Assembly: GCF_018350175.1 (NCBI RefSeq) | Contig: NC_058373.1 | Span: 116,810,001 to 116,874,000, forward strand | Direction of reading: 5' to 3' | DNA length: 64,000 nucleotides | DNA from: Felis catus | Lineage: Eukaryota | Shown: positions 12,113 to 24,892 of the stretch, piece after piece | Position numbering within the stretch: the stretch's first letter is position 1 | Layout: every line of letters starts with the position of its first letter | Translations under genes and position numbers: made by a program | Notes under the pieces: model-generated | The model's input: the letters and a program-made list of their open reading frames with translations, nothing else | Databases searched by the model: none | Told to the model about the DNA's origin: nothing

Positions 12113-13039
12113 GTACCTACCTGCGCCCTGGTAGCAGCCTTGTGGGCGGGGCCAGGGGTCACGTGCGGGGGGGGGGGCCATCCTGCTCCGCTTGCTCAAG
12201 CAGCAGTGGGAAGTCTATTGCCATTTACTTCTGTCTTTAAACTATGTGTGCGGATGGCCGATTCACGCGATGATGTCACCCGATGGCGTTGACATTGCCC
12301 AGACACGCTGGTTAGACACCTGCTGTTTCCATTTGCACCTCCTCCTTAGGTGGTGTCCTTGGTCCATACCATCTGGTCACCAGCTAATTACTCATCTTGC
12401 TAATTATACTTTGCATTTGGTGTGGCAAGAGCAGAGAAGAATGATGTAATAAGTAGAGAAGTTTTGTTTTAATTACTATTGTCTAAAAAGCCCAGACCCT
12501 TGCTTTAAGACTGGTTTGATTCACTCTAACGTTTCCGACTACAGTCTTCAAAGTATTTGTATGCACTAGTAAGCACTTGGAATTGTTTCAGTGTCCCATG
12601 CGACCCAGTCTCGGGAGTGTCCGACTTCAGGCATCTATCTGCAAGAGGCCTTTGGGCGTTGACAAAGATAAGAACCTGAATTGCTGGGTCAGCATGGTCA
12701 TAGTACCAAGAAGATGTGTCAGGCTATTCTAGCATTAACAAGATATTTCTAATAGGAATCTGTCCGTTTAAAGTAATGGAATTTTATCCTGTCTTTCCAT
12801 CCTTAATTTGGAAGATTAGGCTTTGCTAATGCTGGATATTTGTTTTTAAATTAATAAAGCCACCTACCCAGAAAGTGGCCAGTACAGACTGACAGTTGGT
12901 TTGTTGTGAGAGCCACAGCTGTCTACTTTTGGGAGTCAGTGCAGGTTAATTACGGGAGGGGAGCAAGCAAGCTCAGGGAACAAAACAAGGAAAGGTTACT
13001 CCGGACTGCTGTAAACCACTACCTTCCTTGCACAGCCCG

Positions 13040-13290
13040 TAATAACTGTATATGTTGGGCTCTGGTGATAAGCCCAGCACTATTTCTAGGCACTTTACAT
13101 GGGTTGCCTCATTTAATTTGTAAAACCCATGCATTAGGTACTGTTTTTGTCCCCCATTTTCAGGTGAGGAAGCTTAAGCAGTGGGGCTAGGTCCCTGGCC
13201 CGAGGTCAGCTGGTACCAGGCAGTTTAGATTGTAATGCACTAAGTCTGATTCTAGAGCCCAGCCCCTTCACTGCTCAGCCATGTTGCCTC
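13040..13290 (-). mobile_element. MIR (near full length)
   Basis: ggcactttacatgggttgcctcatttaat..cccattttcaggtgaggaagc..gtctgattctagagccc. Confidence 0.75.
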
Positions 13291-13707
13291 GCTCACATGC
13301 CCTGTGAAGCACGGGTCTTTGCTGCCCTTGCTGCTGACCTACAAGCTGCTCCAGAACTCTGGGGCTAAGGGGGTGGGAACTCCAACAGAAGAGACCTAGA
13401 TCTGCAGCCTCTTACCAAGAATCTGGTCCCTGGAAGCTGCTTTATTTCGAATAACATGGCTATTATTTAGAATAGAATGACAGACTTAAGTGCAGAACAT
13501 TTGACTATACCTGGGAGGGATGGCTATTTGCACTTAGAAAATATCCCCAAGCAATTGAAACACGCTCTGTACTGGATTTATGCAAGGATTTCATGGAACT
13601 CTGATAGAAAGCTAACCCCTTTTGGAATGGTCACTATGACGTTTGGGAGTGAAAAGCTTCGCGGTTTGTTTTAGAGATTTCTTCTTTAAAAGCCATTGTC
13701 TACATAA

Positions 13708-14130
13708 AGTGCCGTCTAGTAGAAATGTAATGCAAGCCATGTATTAATTTTGTATTTTTTAATAGCCATACTTTATTTAAAGTAACAAGAAATGGGTAAA
13801 ATTAATTTTAGCAGTATAGTTTTTGACCCAATAATACATTTTATTTACCTGGTATGTCCAAATAATTATTATTTCAATAGGTGATTTTTAAGTTTTAAAA
13901 ATTACTGACCTATTTTACATATTTTTGGAGTAAGACTTTGGAATCTGGAGTGCATTTTAGACTTACAGCTCATCTCAATTAGGATGTTTGATTTTCATTG
14001 GAAATAATGTTTAGATTTCATAAAAGTTGCAACTGGAAAAGTTGACTCATATACTCAGATTGTTCCAGACATGCTTTTTAAAAGCTTTTGAATGACTGAA
14101 TTGAGTGTCACTTTTTAAAGTATGTAAAAT
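13708..14130 (+). mobile_element. MER33/Charlie1-like hAT relic
   Basis: tagaaatgtaatgcaagccat..aagaaatgggtaaaattaatttt..ttttagacttacagctcatctcaatt. Confidence 0.7.
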
Positions 14131-14231
14131 ATGGCCAGGGTAAGTCTAAATAGACTGATAATGAGGAAAGGTCTCTCAACCTTCTTCAACACTTTGCTAG
14201 GGAAGGAAGTGATGTCTGTCTGATGCTTTTT

Positions 14232-14415
14232 TATTAAAAATTTTTAATGTTTATTTATTTTGGGGGGGTGCAGGGGCAGAGAGAGGGGGAGACACAGAAT
14301 CCAAAGCAGACTCCAGGCTCTGAGCTGTCCACACAGAGGCTTGAACCCACAAACCATGAGATCATTACCTGAGCCAAAGTCGGATACTCAACCAACTGAG
14401 CCACCCAGGCACCCC
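14232..14415 (-). mobile_element. Can-SINE (SINEC_Fc-like, internally deleted)
   Basis: gagacacagaatccaaagcagactccaggctctgagctgtc..ccacccaggcacccc. Confidence 0.92.
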
Positions 14416-17139
14416 TGTCTTGTTCTTTTAAAACTCCCCACCCCAGCCTTGAAAACCATGCTTTTTGCTATCTCTCTTATTTTTAATCTGCTGCCTGGCG
14501 AGCCCATCTTCTTAGCCCCACCATGCAATGTGATGCTGGACCCTTTGTGGGAAGACAGTGGACACCCCAGCTCATGGCACATGAGCTGGCCTGGGATTTC
14601 CTAGTTGCCAAGCATGTTTGAAGACCCAGTGCCCTGCTTAGAAACTGTGAACTTGGGCCTTTTGCAAATCCAAGAGCACGTACCAACTTGCAGTATCACT
14701 AAAAGGAATCACAAGAAATGAAAGTAGAGATCTTTTCCTGTTATTAATTTGAGGTATATTGATTGTTCTCAGTCCATCTCAAAGTGAGGTCGGCATGTTT
14801 CCCGAAGTGTGTGGGGATGTCAGGAGATGCTTCAGGTCCCAGAGCAGATAGGGCAACTCTCTTGTAGTTAATGCTTGGGGGAAAGAGTGTGAAGGGTTTA
14901 TGTTCTCTGAAAATAAATGTATCATGAAGCAGAATAGGTCTTCCAAAGAATTTCTGTACCTGTGAGTTTTTCTCATACCCCAGCCACTCCCCAGAATACT
15001 AAGGATATGAAGTTATGGGCCTCTTTCATTTATTTACTGTACTTTGGTTGAAAAGTTTATAGAGCTGCATTGATTTCTACTAAATTAGATTTAAATCTAA
15101 TTTAACTCTACAGTGATACAGTTAGAGGGATTCAAATACTTTTTATCATTGAAAATCTCTTGTTCTGAGCTTTTTCCCCAGGGAACACTCACATTTACTT
15201 ATTGACATCTCCTTGGTACGTGTGCTGAGGAAAGCACAAAAGGGGTTTTCTCAAAGGAGCTTCTTGCTGTGATCAGGTGGAGAAGTGCGGGGTCCATACA
15301 GGCTGAAGTTATAAGGAACGTTGAACTGACAAAATGGGGTTTGGCATATGTTTTAGAGCATAGATGGAGGAAATTCAGTGGGGGAGAAAAAGAAATAATT
15401 CTAGGAGTGGTCAGTGGTGTAGACAGAAGTGTAGACAGAGGAAAGGGTGGGGGGTGGCAGGTGCCGGAAGAAGGTGCTGCCATAGATGGGGTTACGAGGC
15501 AGTGGAGCCCTTTGGAATGCGAGGCCATCCGGTAGCACGGTATAAAGAGAGCTTTAGGAGAATTCACCCGATGTCACCATGCAAATTAGTTTGTATACAA
15601 AAGGACGACTTTGGAACTTGTTCATTTATTTTCACCAGCTCTTTGCAGCTCTTATCATGTGTATGCTAGGCCCTGGGATATAATAGGGGAACAACGAGAG
15701 AAAAATCCTATGGTGGATGTGGAAATGAGGTCCTGAAATAATGGATGTTCTATCTCTCTAGGGATTGGAAAGTCTATAATTTATAATTTATTTATAATAG
15801 GAAAAACTGACTATTTCTAACTAATTCCAGAGACCAGTTAACCTTGAACGGTAGACATAGCCAAGAGCTCAGAAATTAATCACTAAGTCTGTACTAAAGC
15901 TTATGCTCATACCTGATAAGAGAGCCCCCGGTCTCTTGTTTTATTTGTATCATTACACTGAGCTTAATTATCTGGTCCTGGTTGATAGAGCAGATTAGAA
16001 GCAACAAATCAAAAAGATGAAGAACTGTTCAGTGGCAAGGATGTGCTGAGACATCACTAAGTGATTCCTGAGATGTAGAAAAACTCTTCACCTCAAAGTT
16101 GAAGAGTAAGCACAGCAGTCTGGAGTCATTTGGTTTGGAAACAAAGGACCGAATATACTTAGCTCACCCCTGAGGGCCTCACTTTGTTAAAACACAGTGT
16201 AAAAATTTTTCCCAGCATTTTTTAGTAACTCATGAATTAAGAGACCCAGGCACTGATCTTCAGAGGTTGCAGATGTCACGAAAAGAGACAAATGTGTGTC
16301 TCATAATGGAAGGATACAACCGCACCTATGAATTAGTCTTGTTCCCTCCCCCACCATTGAACCTAAATCTGATCAAACCTCTGGAGGAGCCAGTTTACAT
16401 GTTCTTCATGTAAACATGCCTGTATTCAGCAAAACTCAGACTCCAGGCAACGCTGTGTGACAAACAGCCCTGTTTCCTCAACATGTAAATGCAAGAAATA
16501 AAAGAGAGAATGAGAGAAGTGGAGGGGAATTAACAGAATAAAAAAGAAGAAGAAGAAGACAAATTGCAGTGTTGTGTGGGCCTTATTCAGACCCATGTTA
16601 GATAAAAAGATTTTTAAAGTTTTAGGACATCTTAAGCAACTGAACATTGGAACATTGACTCACTATTTGATGACGTTAAAGAATTATTAGTTTTAAAACC
16701 AGTGTAGTAGTAAGTGGTTTTAATGACCTGAGCCTTGAAAACAAGTGTTAAGTTGTGGTCAGTACGTTTAGAAAGGTAGAAATGTAGGTTTCTCCTCTCA
16801 AAGATTTCCATATTCAGAGGTTAAAATATAATAAATGCTGAAAGGCAGCAGTATGATATAGTGCAAAAAAGCACTTGGAATCAGATCAGATTGTCAAACC
16901 TCTCAGATCTTAAATTTCCCTTTCTGTGCAGCGGAAGGTTGCTTGACATCTACTTGAAATCCCATAAGTAAAGTATCTAGTGTAGGCAGGGAGTGTGGTG
17001 TGTGCATATTAAATGTGCACGCCCTTCTTTTCTTGAATAAAAATAAGTAAATATGCAAGCTTCAGCTAGGAGGAAAAAAAATCAAAGTGGGTCAAGTGGT
17101 GGAAGTTTTTTCAGAAGGTCCGTCTCAAGCCACAGTCAG

Positions 17140-17517
17140 CATCCCTATTGTCCAGTGTAGCTGACCTTTTTGAGACAAAAACCTGAATATGTCAGTCTTG
17201 GTGTTTAAAACCATTTGGGGAGAAGTGCAGAATGCCTCTTCCTACACACCCCTGCCCCTCCTTCACCTGACGAATTCTTGCGTTTCTTTCCGTGGCAGGG
17301 CTCCCCTGCCCTCCCAGGATTATTAGGTAAATGCCTTTCTTACGTGGTTTCAGTAGCACCCCACACCTCCCACGAGAGCTCTCAAACCACTGGATGTAGC
17401 CGCACTAGACTTTGAACTGCTGGAAGGCTGAGCCTGTGTGACCTCTCGTCCTTGATCCTCAACGTGCGCACAGTGCCTGACACATAGTAGGTGCCCCATG
17501 AGTGCGGGGGAATGGAT
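17140..17517 (+). mobile_element. L2 3' fragment
   Basis: Ends cacagtgcctgacacatagtaggtgc, the typical L2 terminus. Confidence 0.55.
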
Positions 17518-19472
17518 CCTATTAGAAGTCGAGAGCCCCCCAGGGAGTGAATGACAGGCACACGTTTGTTCTGCCGCTGGTCATTCCTGTCCTTTGCCTG
17601 GGCCTGCTTTCTCAGAATGCTCCCCAAACTGGCAGTCTGATCCAGGCTCCAAGAAGGGGAAACCTCCCTCTACCGTTTTGACATTGAGTCCTCTTCCTTC
17701 TAAATTTGGGGTTGGAATTGTTTATTGGAATTTCCACGGTGCTTCAGAAATTCAGGCATTGTTGTCTTCTCACTTTTTTTCCATTGAGACTTCTGTTCAG
17801 ACTTCTCTGGAACATTCCTATGTATCATCTTGAAATTGGCTTTGGGTGTCAAGATCTGCTACTTTATCCAGGGTCTTTGATGCCAGCAAATGCTGTGAAG
17901 CCCAGCCCAGTGGTGGTCTCTTCCACAGCGTGACTCTTGTGGACGGATGGTCCCTTTTGCAAGGGCCTCAAGAGTGCAAGGTTTAAAAATGTTCCTTTAG
18001 GGGGAATAGTATGGTCTTGTCATAGAGCACGCTGCTGGCCATCCAGAAGTTCGAATTCCAATCCTGGCTCTCTGTGAGAGGCTCTGGGCACATCACTTTA
18101 CTTCTCACAGCCTGTTTCCTGGAGAGGTGAAGAATTCATAGCAGCGGCTCAAGGAGAGGTTCAAGGATAGGCCAAACATCAGTAAAACTCAGGACACCTT
18201 CCTGGTCCTTCGGTCATGCTCCCAGGGTTTGAGGGACAGAGCATGTTTCTGTGTTAAAACGGACGCAGATACTCCTCAGCAGAATGCAGGTTCAAGATGA
18301 ATTTTAAGATGAAACTCAAGATTTTATTGACAGTTCAAGGAACACTGAATTCTCTGTGTTCTCTTCCAGTGCTACCTTTCCCTAATTGCTTCAGCCTCTG
18401 AACTTCTGGCTGCTGGGTAACCCTCCTGAGTAGAACATCCTAGTCCTCAATACTGCTGATCACATAAGGCATGGTTGTGATTGTAAAGAATGTATTATTT
18501 CTGAGGAGACAGAGTATTGCCTATGAGGCTAATGAGTGTCCAAGCAGAAGCCCTTTGGAATCTGCTTTTAAAAATAGCAAGAACCATTTATAATTAATAC
18601 ATCTTAAGCATCTATATATAGCAAACTGAAGTTCTAGAGAGGCTTCTTAGAGGCAAAAATACTTTCGGCTGAGCTTAAAGCAGGCCTTATTATCAGGAGT
18701 TCAGAATCTGTGGCATCTAAATTAATGAGCTTTTAACCTTGTAGAAAACCTTGAAGTTAGATGAACCCAAAATGAAACCCTTTGTTTGAAAAAAGCATCC
18801 CAGGGTATCATCTTCCTTATCTTCCATAAGTGTTCTGTTTCTAATGATGCAAAGCTGATTTTAGCTCCTATATCATTTACCTCCCTACCATGATGATTCA
18901 TCGATAATTATATGTTGAAGATTCAGTTCTTTCCCTCATAGTTCATTCTAGAGGCTTCTAATTATCACTGGGTTTTCAGTATATGTTTGTCTAAAGTTCT
19001 AACAGTTAATAAGTAGATCTGTAAAAAACCTTAAGTAAGTTTAAGGGGCAAATGGATAGATGGTGCTCATATTGGTGCCCCCTGATAAGCATTTTCCTCT
19101 CCTTATTTAAGAGAAAACCACAGCTGCTTCTTGAGAAAGAGTGACAATTTGAAGTGAAATTAGCAAGAGAAGAAATTGCCGATTTAAAAATGAGTATTTC
19201 TGGATCTTTACAGGATTCCTCTTAGAAAAGCTAGCATATCTGGATTTTAGCATCTTTCGCTTGACTTTTGAAAAAATGATCAAATTAAAATTATACAGCT
19301 GTCAGCATTGAAGCCAGACAGTTCACAATAGATGAGAAAAATTGCCTTTCTAAGACTGGTCTAATTAGGCTACAATGCATATGGAGGTTCTGCGGATTCC
19401 CTTCTCCAGTTAGAAAAGGGAGTGTTGCTTGCCAGCTTTCTTTGTCATGAAGTGAACTAAATAGTCCTTTAA

Positions 19473-19477
19473 AATAA

Positions 19478-19512
<35 letters not shown>

Positions 19513-19535
19513 ATTTATAAATAAATAAATAAATT
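19473..19535 (+). repeat. (TAAA)n microsatellite
   Basis: Direct read of tandem taaa with one interruption. Confidence 0.95.
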
Positions 19536-20262
19536 TATGAAAACCAACAAATGGCATTTCCATTCCATGGCATCTTCAGACAAAATAGGTACCTTCTGTC
19601 CTGAGGTTCCTGATTTTTATTTATTTCTCCTGTTGTCACAAGAAATAATCATTTTTTGAAACACAAAGCTAAATATGTTAAAGTAAACCCTTCTTAAAAC
19701 AAAACAAAAATAGTAATGGAACCAGAGTTCTTCAATTTACTTTGAAAGATGTACACTCTCTGATTATGACTTTTCCATTTTGGAAATGCAGAAAAAGCAT
19801 TTTGTATTGCTGCCCTAATAGTTGGTACAATTGCATATGGGCTCACTTTTAAATAATTAGGTAATTTGAAAAGAGAGATGTTTGCTCTGTTAGAATCATC
19901 ATTTCCAGCCCTCTCAGACTTTGCTAAGGTCCTAGAATGAGATCCATGAGAACACAGTAGAAAACACAAAACCTTTCTGTTTCCATTTAACTTCTGTTGT
20001 TACTGTTTTAGGAAAAACATGATTTTTTTTCTTTTGAAATTAAAAATAATAGGTTATTACAGATGCTCATATGGTCCTTATCTTAGGCCCAATTTTAGCA
20101 GTATTATGCAGAAGAAGTGATTGGGGCAGGATTTCTCAAATTGATCTTGCCTAAAGGAAGAGGAAAAGCAAAATAGTTTCCTCACAAATAAATTATCAGA
20201 ATCAAATACCAAATGTAGAGAAAGTGGACCAAAGAATAGCTCAGCTTAAAATACAATTTTAA

Positions 20263-20492
20263 GAAAAAAGTTCTTTAATGTTTATTTTTGAGAGAGAGAC
20301 AGAGACAGACATAGACAGACAATGCAAGCAGGGGGGAGGGGCAGACAGAGAGGGAGACACAGAATATGAAGCAGGCTCAAGGCTCTGAGCCGTCAGCACA
20401 GAGTCCGATGTGGGGCTCGAACCTGAGAGCCGTAAGATCTTGACCTGAGCCAAAGTTGGACACGTAATGGACTGAGCCACCCAGGTGCCCCC
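20263..20492 (-). mobile_element. Can-SINE (SINEC_Fc-like) with 15-bp TSD
   Basis: aaaatacaattttaa at 20248-20262 and 20493-20507; full body present. Confidence 0.95.
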
Positions 20493-21136
20493 AAAATACA
20501 ATTTTAAAACATGGTTGCTATTACTGTAAAAATCGTAATCATTTTAATACATACTGAAATTTCAATTTTCATTTTAAAATTATGCTTTTTGGTCTGGTTG
20601 CATAGGTCAACAAGTAATGTTTGTTGAATTATTTTTCAATTTAATCCATTTTTTGTAATGTCCTGCATCTTTGGATATTTTTCATTATAAGCTGTTCACA
20701 TATATAGGCATCACGTCTAAAATGGAGACCACATTTGTGTTCTTACAAAATCTATGCCTGTTGTGAAAGGTTACGCTGATTATAATAACCCCTGCTTGGA
20801 AATGATCAGTAGGTATTTAAAGGTAGAATATTACAATGAACTTTTTCTTCATGGAGTTATGTTTGGTTTACTATCTGTTAGTGAAATACTTTTTTACTGT
20901 AAGCCTTTTGGGGTTTTTTGGCCAACAGAAAAGTTTATGTTCTCTAAATCCTAAATCCTAAATGTGGTTGAATGGAAAGGTGTGTGCCTGTTAAATAGAA
21001 GTATGTACTGTTTCTTGTTGGACAGTGACAGTTTCCTCCTGAAGGATGTCTTTGTCTTTGAGAAAGTGTATTTTATTCTTGTGCCGCGAGGCTCAGGAGA
21101 CTGACGCTCCTCTCTCACCTTTGCTTTATCTCTTAG

Positions 21137-21710
21137 TGTGGCTGTCACCAGGTCCAGAGACGTGCCTTCCTTTGGACCTCCCATCCCCAAAGGGGTCACT
21201 TTCCCTAAGTCAAATGTGTTCAGGGACTTCCTTTTGGCCAAAGTGATTAACGCAGAAAACGCTGCTCATAAATCAGAGAAGTTTCGGGCCATGGCAACTC
21301 GGACCCGCCAGGAATACCTGAAAGATCTGGCAGAAAAGAATGTCACCAACACCCCAATTGACCCATCTGGCAAGTTCCCATTCATCTCTCTGGCCTCCAA
21401 GAAGAAGGAGAAGTCTAAGCCATATCCGGGAGCTGAACTCAGTAGCATGGGGGCCATTGTGTGGGCCGTCCGGGCCAAAGACTACAACACAGCTATGGAA
21501 ATAGACTGTCTGTTGGGGGTCTCCAACGAATTCATCGTCCTCATCGAGCAGGAAACAAAGAGTGTGGTTTTCAACTGTTCCTGCAGAGATGTGATAGGGT
21601 GGACCTCGACTGACACCAGCCTCAAAATCTTCTACGAGCGAGGAGAATGTGTTTCGGTGGAGAGTTTAATTAATAACGAGGATATCAAGGAGATTGTAAA
21701 GAGGTTGCAG
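21137..21710 (+). CDS. SIPA1L1: SIPA1L1 exon C (574 nt), end of RapGAP domain and linker: [15 protein letters not shown]...EIVKRLQ
   Basis: tctcttag| acceptor, cag|gtgagt donor; [16 protein letters not shown] and TRTRQEYL RapGAP motifs; phase 2 in, phase 0 out. Confidence 0.97.
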
Positions 21711-22347
21711 GTGAGTGTTTTCCTTCCATTGACCTACATTCAATGTCCCTCTCATAAAGCTTTCAATACAGACCAGAACCTAGTTGCCCTAGTGGGTGCT
21801 ATTTTCTTATCTCCTCTGAAAATTCCCTGGTGATCTGAAGCAACCCAGAGTTTATGTCACACTTGGTTTCCCTCCTTTTTCAGAAGGAAAAGTAGAACCA
21901 GTGGGAGAAGACACATTTGCTGTGCGTTTGTGTTGGAAACCATTTGCGTGTGACCTGGTCCCACTGCCCTGGTGGCTGGCGACGTAGCCCAGCCAGTCTG
22001 CTTTAGCCGTCGAGAAGAATTGTTCGATTGAGTGTCTGTGCTGCCGTGAATTTCTTAAGGGCGAAGCGAGTGGCAGAATACAGTCTCTCTTGGCTGCCAG
22101 CTCCCCGTAGGTCTCTGTGAGAGGGTTTCCTTGTAAGTTCAGTGAAGTCATTGAGTGCTTTGGATGCAACAAGTATGTTCTTTCTGGCCTAATGAATGGA
22201 GGTTAGTGAAGGGGAAATAACCACACTGCTCCTCAGCCGGCAGCGGCGTATTCAGAATCACCCTGCTTGCAGTGTTTTCCAAGTTCCCTGTCCACCACTT
22301 AACCCCCTACGGCGCTAAACCATTATACCTTTTGTTTCCTTGTCCAG

Positions 22348-22622
22348 TTTGTGTCAAAAGGTTGTGAATCGGTGGAGATGACTCTGCGAAGGAACGGGCT
22401 AGGCCAGCTTGGCTTCCATGTCAACTACGAGGGCATCGTGGCTGACGTGGAGCCCTATGGCTACGCCTGGCAGGCAGGGCTCAGGCAGGGCAGCCGGCTG
22501 GTGGAGATCTGCAAGGTGGCGGTGGCCACCCTGAGCCACGAGCAGATGATTGATCTCCTGAGAACATCTGTCACGGTGAAGGTTGTCATCATCCCCCCGC
22601 ATGACGACTGCACCCCACGGAG
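22348..22622 (+). CDS. SIPA1L1: SIPA1L1 exon D (275 nt), PDZ domain: [25 protein letters not shown]...DDCTPR
   Basis: tttccttgtccag| acceptor, ag|gtaggt donor; GQLGF carboxylate-binding loop and [15 protein letters not shown] motif; phase 0 in, phase 2 out. Confidence 0.97.
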
Positions 22623-24484
22623 GTAGGTCTGCGTTGGCCGCTGTGAACCTGGGAATCCAAGGCCGGGTTTGTGCACCACGTAGAACATCATCTCCTACCG
22701 GGTGGGGGAGGAGGCTGCCGCGAAGCGTGCCGGGTTACATGCGGCGCTCAAAGTTCCGTCCGTGGAAAGTCTGACTCGGGACATAGCTCCCTTTCAGCAT
22801 GTGTCAGCAGCAGCTGGGCAGAGTGACTAACTTGGACCATTCCCAGGATTTACATCTGTGGATTTAGAAAGTTGCCATTACAGATAGAGAAGTCTGGTAA
22901 TACCCGTCTTAAACATCTTCACCAGTAGCTGAGAAGCATTGAGCACTTATTATTAGAAGACCCTGAGCAACACAGACCATCAGGCTTTTTTGCTTTATGT
23001 TCCATGACACTCTCATTCTTCTTTCTGTCCAAACTTCGGAATGCCATTTTGACCCCTGCTGTCTCAGCCTGGAACCCTGGACGTGACTTAGCAGGTGTTT
23101 GCTCAACTGCATCTGTGTCGGGAATCGGCTTCAAACGAGCTGGTGCTGCTCGTGATGCTTTGACAGTTTGGTTCCCGGCCTTTCACAGAGGGAAGCCCAG
23201 GAGCTCCCCGCCCCTCCCAGTTCCTGCCCAGCCAGCAGCATTCGTGAAAATTTAATTTCTCGGTCTCTAGGGAGGTTTCTTGATGGAACAAATTTAATCA
23301 ACTGTTTCTTTTCTCCTTTGGGCATGTCCATGTTATTTTCACTAGTTTTTTCAATCTGTTAATTTGCTTTCAGCCCATTATTTTCTAAGAGTTTCTCTTA
23401 AGCTTTGGCAATTAATTCTTAGGCCTTCTAAAGCCAAGACAATATCCTTAACCTTCCCCCCCACAAAACGTGACCTGTCCTACACCTGGGCTCTCAAAGA
23501 TTCATGAACAAGAGATGGCAGAATATGTAAACAGTTATTATGGGTTGTGTCTTTTAAGAAGTAAGCAGCAATGACAACCTGAATGTACCTCCGTTCTTCA
23601 AATCAAGTGTTGCAGACCAGACCGCACTCAGGGTAGTATTTCTGAATCCTGCTTACTGCCTAGATGGCCCAGAGCCTAAGTGCCTGTGTCAGAATACGGT
23701 GAGCTGTCTTTGTCTAATACCTTTAAGAAATGCTCCCTTTTGGATGACTGGATTTCTCTGGAAACCAAAATATCCAGAACTTTGTATTTTAGCTCTTTGG
23801 GGGAAGGGGGGTTATTCTGAAACACGTGCCCTGCCTTAGTTAACCCGGTCTTCTCTGGGTTTCTCAAGCACATCATCATCACTGTTAAGCATTTTGCTGA
23901 ACTGGGATTCAGGAATGACTCTGGAGGTGGACGGAAGTGCTTGCTAGGTCCTTACAGGGCTCTCCAGCTGCTCTGTACTTCTCCTCTGGTCGCTCTGTCT
24001 TCTGTCCCTTGGTCTCTCCTTCACATTGTCTACTTGATTGCTTCTGAACAGGCAGCTACAAACTGGAGACGATAACCAAGCTTTGTAACTTGTCAACCTT
24101 AATTACCTGTAGTATAGTTAAAGACGCTGGTCTGAGGACTAATGTTCTCAGAATGAGTCTGTAAATGGTGTGGCGTCATCTTTCTGTTCAGAGGCCTTTC
24201 CCCTGGCTTCTGGGCTCCCCAGTTGGGGGGGGGGGCGGGCAGGGAAATAGGTGTACGTGAGTGTATGTGATGAATTGGGTGGAATGGGCAACATTGCTGA
24301 CTTTGAATTGTGGCTGGTGGTTACTGAAAGGTTGGGTCAGAAGGCCTGGCCCTAGAGAGATAGGCCTGTGGTAGGAGATGGTTTATCTACAGCAGTATAC
24401 TAAGCTAGATAGGTCTTCTGTGGTGTGTTGCTAAAAACAACTAAAAAATGTGTTGACAATTTAATTTGCCAGATCCTAGAAAAA

Positions 24485-24660
24485 ACACTTTTACATGGAT
24501 TAGTGCATTTAATCCCTGTAACTACTTTATGAGGTCATAGTATTAATATCATTCCTATTTAAAGGAAACCAAGACTCAGAGAGGTTAGTAACTTTCCAAG
24601 CTCATCTGGCAAGTTTAAGTTTCACTTCAGAATCCAAGCTCTTAACTACTACTCTGTATG
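24485..24660 (-). mobile_element. MIR fragment
   Basis: catttaatccctgtaac..ggaaaccaagactcagagaggttagtaactt..gctcttaactactact. Confidence 0.7.
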
Positions 24661-24699
24661 CTTGGGGCACAGATCTGGTTTTTACACACCAGTATCAGG

Positions 24700-24892
24700 A
24701 GGGATCTGCTGGTACATTCGCTTTCTGTTGAGGACAGGAACCTTGATTTGTAGCATTTGCTGATTCCCATGGTGTAAATTCTGCCTCTGGTTGATTTCAA
24801 GCTACCAGCACGAACCCACTGAAGGCAGAGTGGGGGCGGATGCTCACAGTCTGCTCTCGCAAGCCAGGACAGACGGGCTCCGCACACCCCTG
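24700..24892 (-). mobile_element. MER63-like hAT relic
   Basis: tgatttgtagcatttgctgattcccatggtgtaaat..gatttcaagctacca..gctccgcacacccctg. Confidence 0.7.

Noticed and set aside
21711..21833. In-frame read-through of exon C to a stop in the ORF track
   Set aside because: A consensus CAG|GTGAGT donor ends the exon at 21710 and SIPA1L1-like sequence resumes in exon D.
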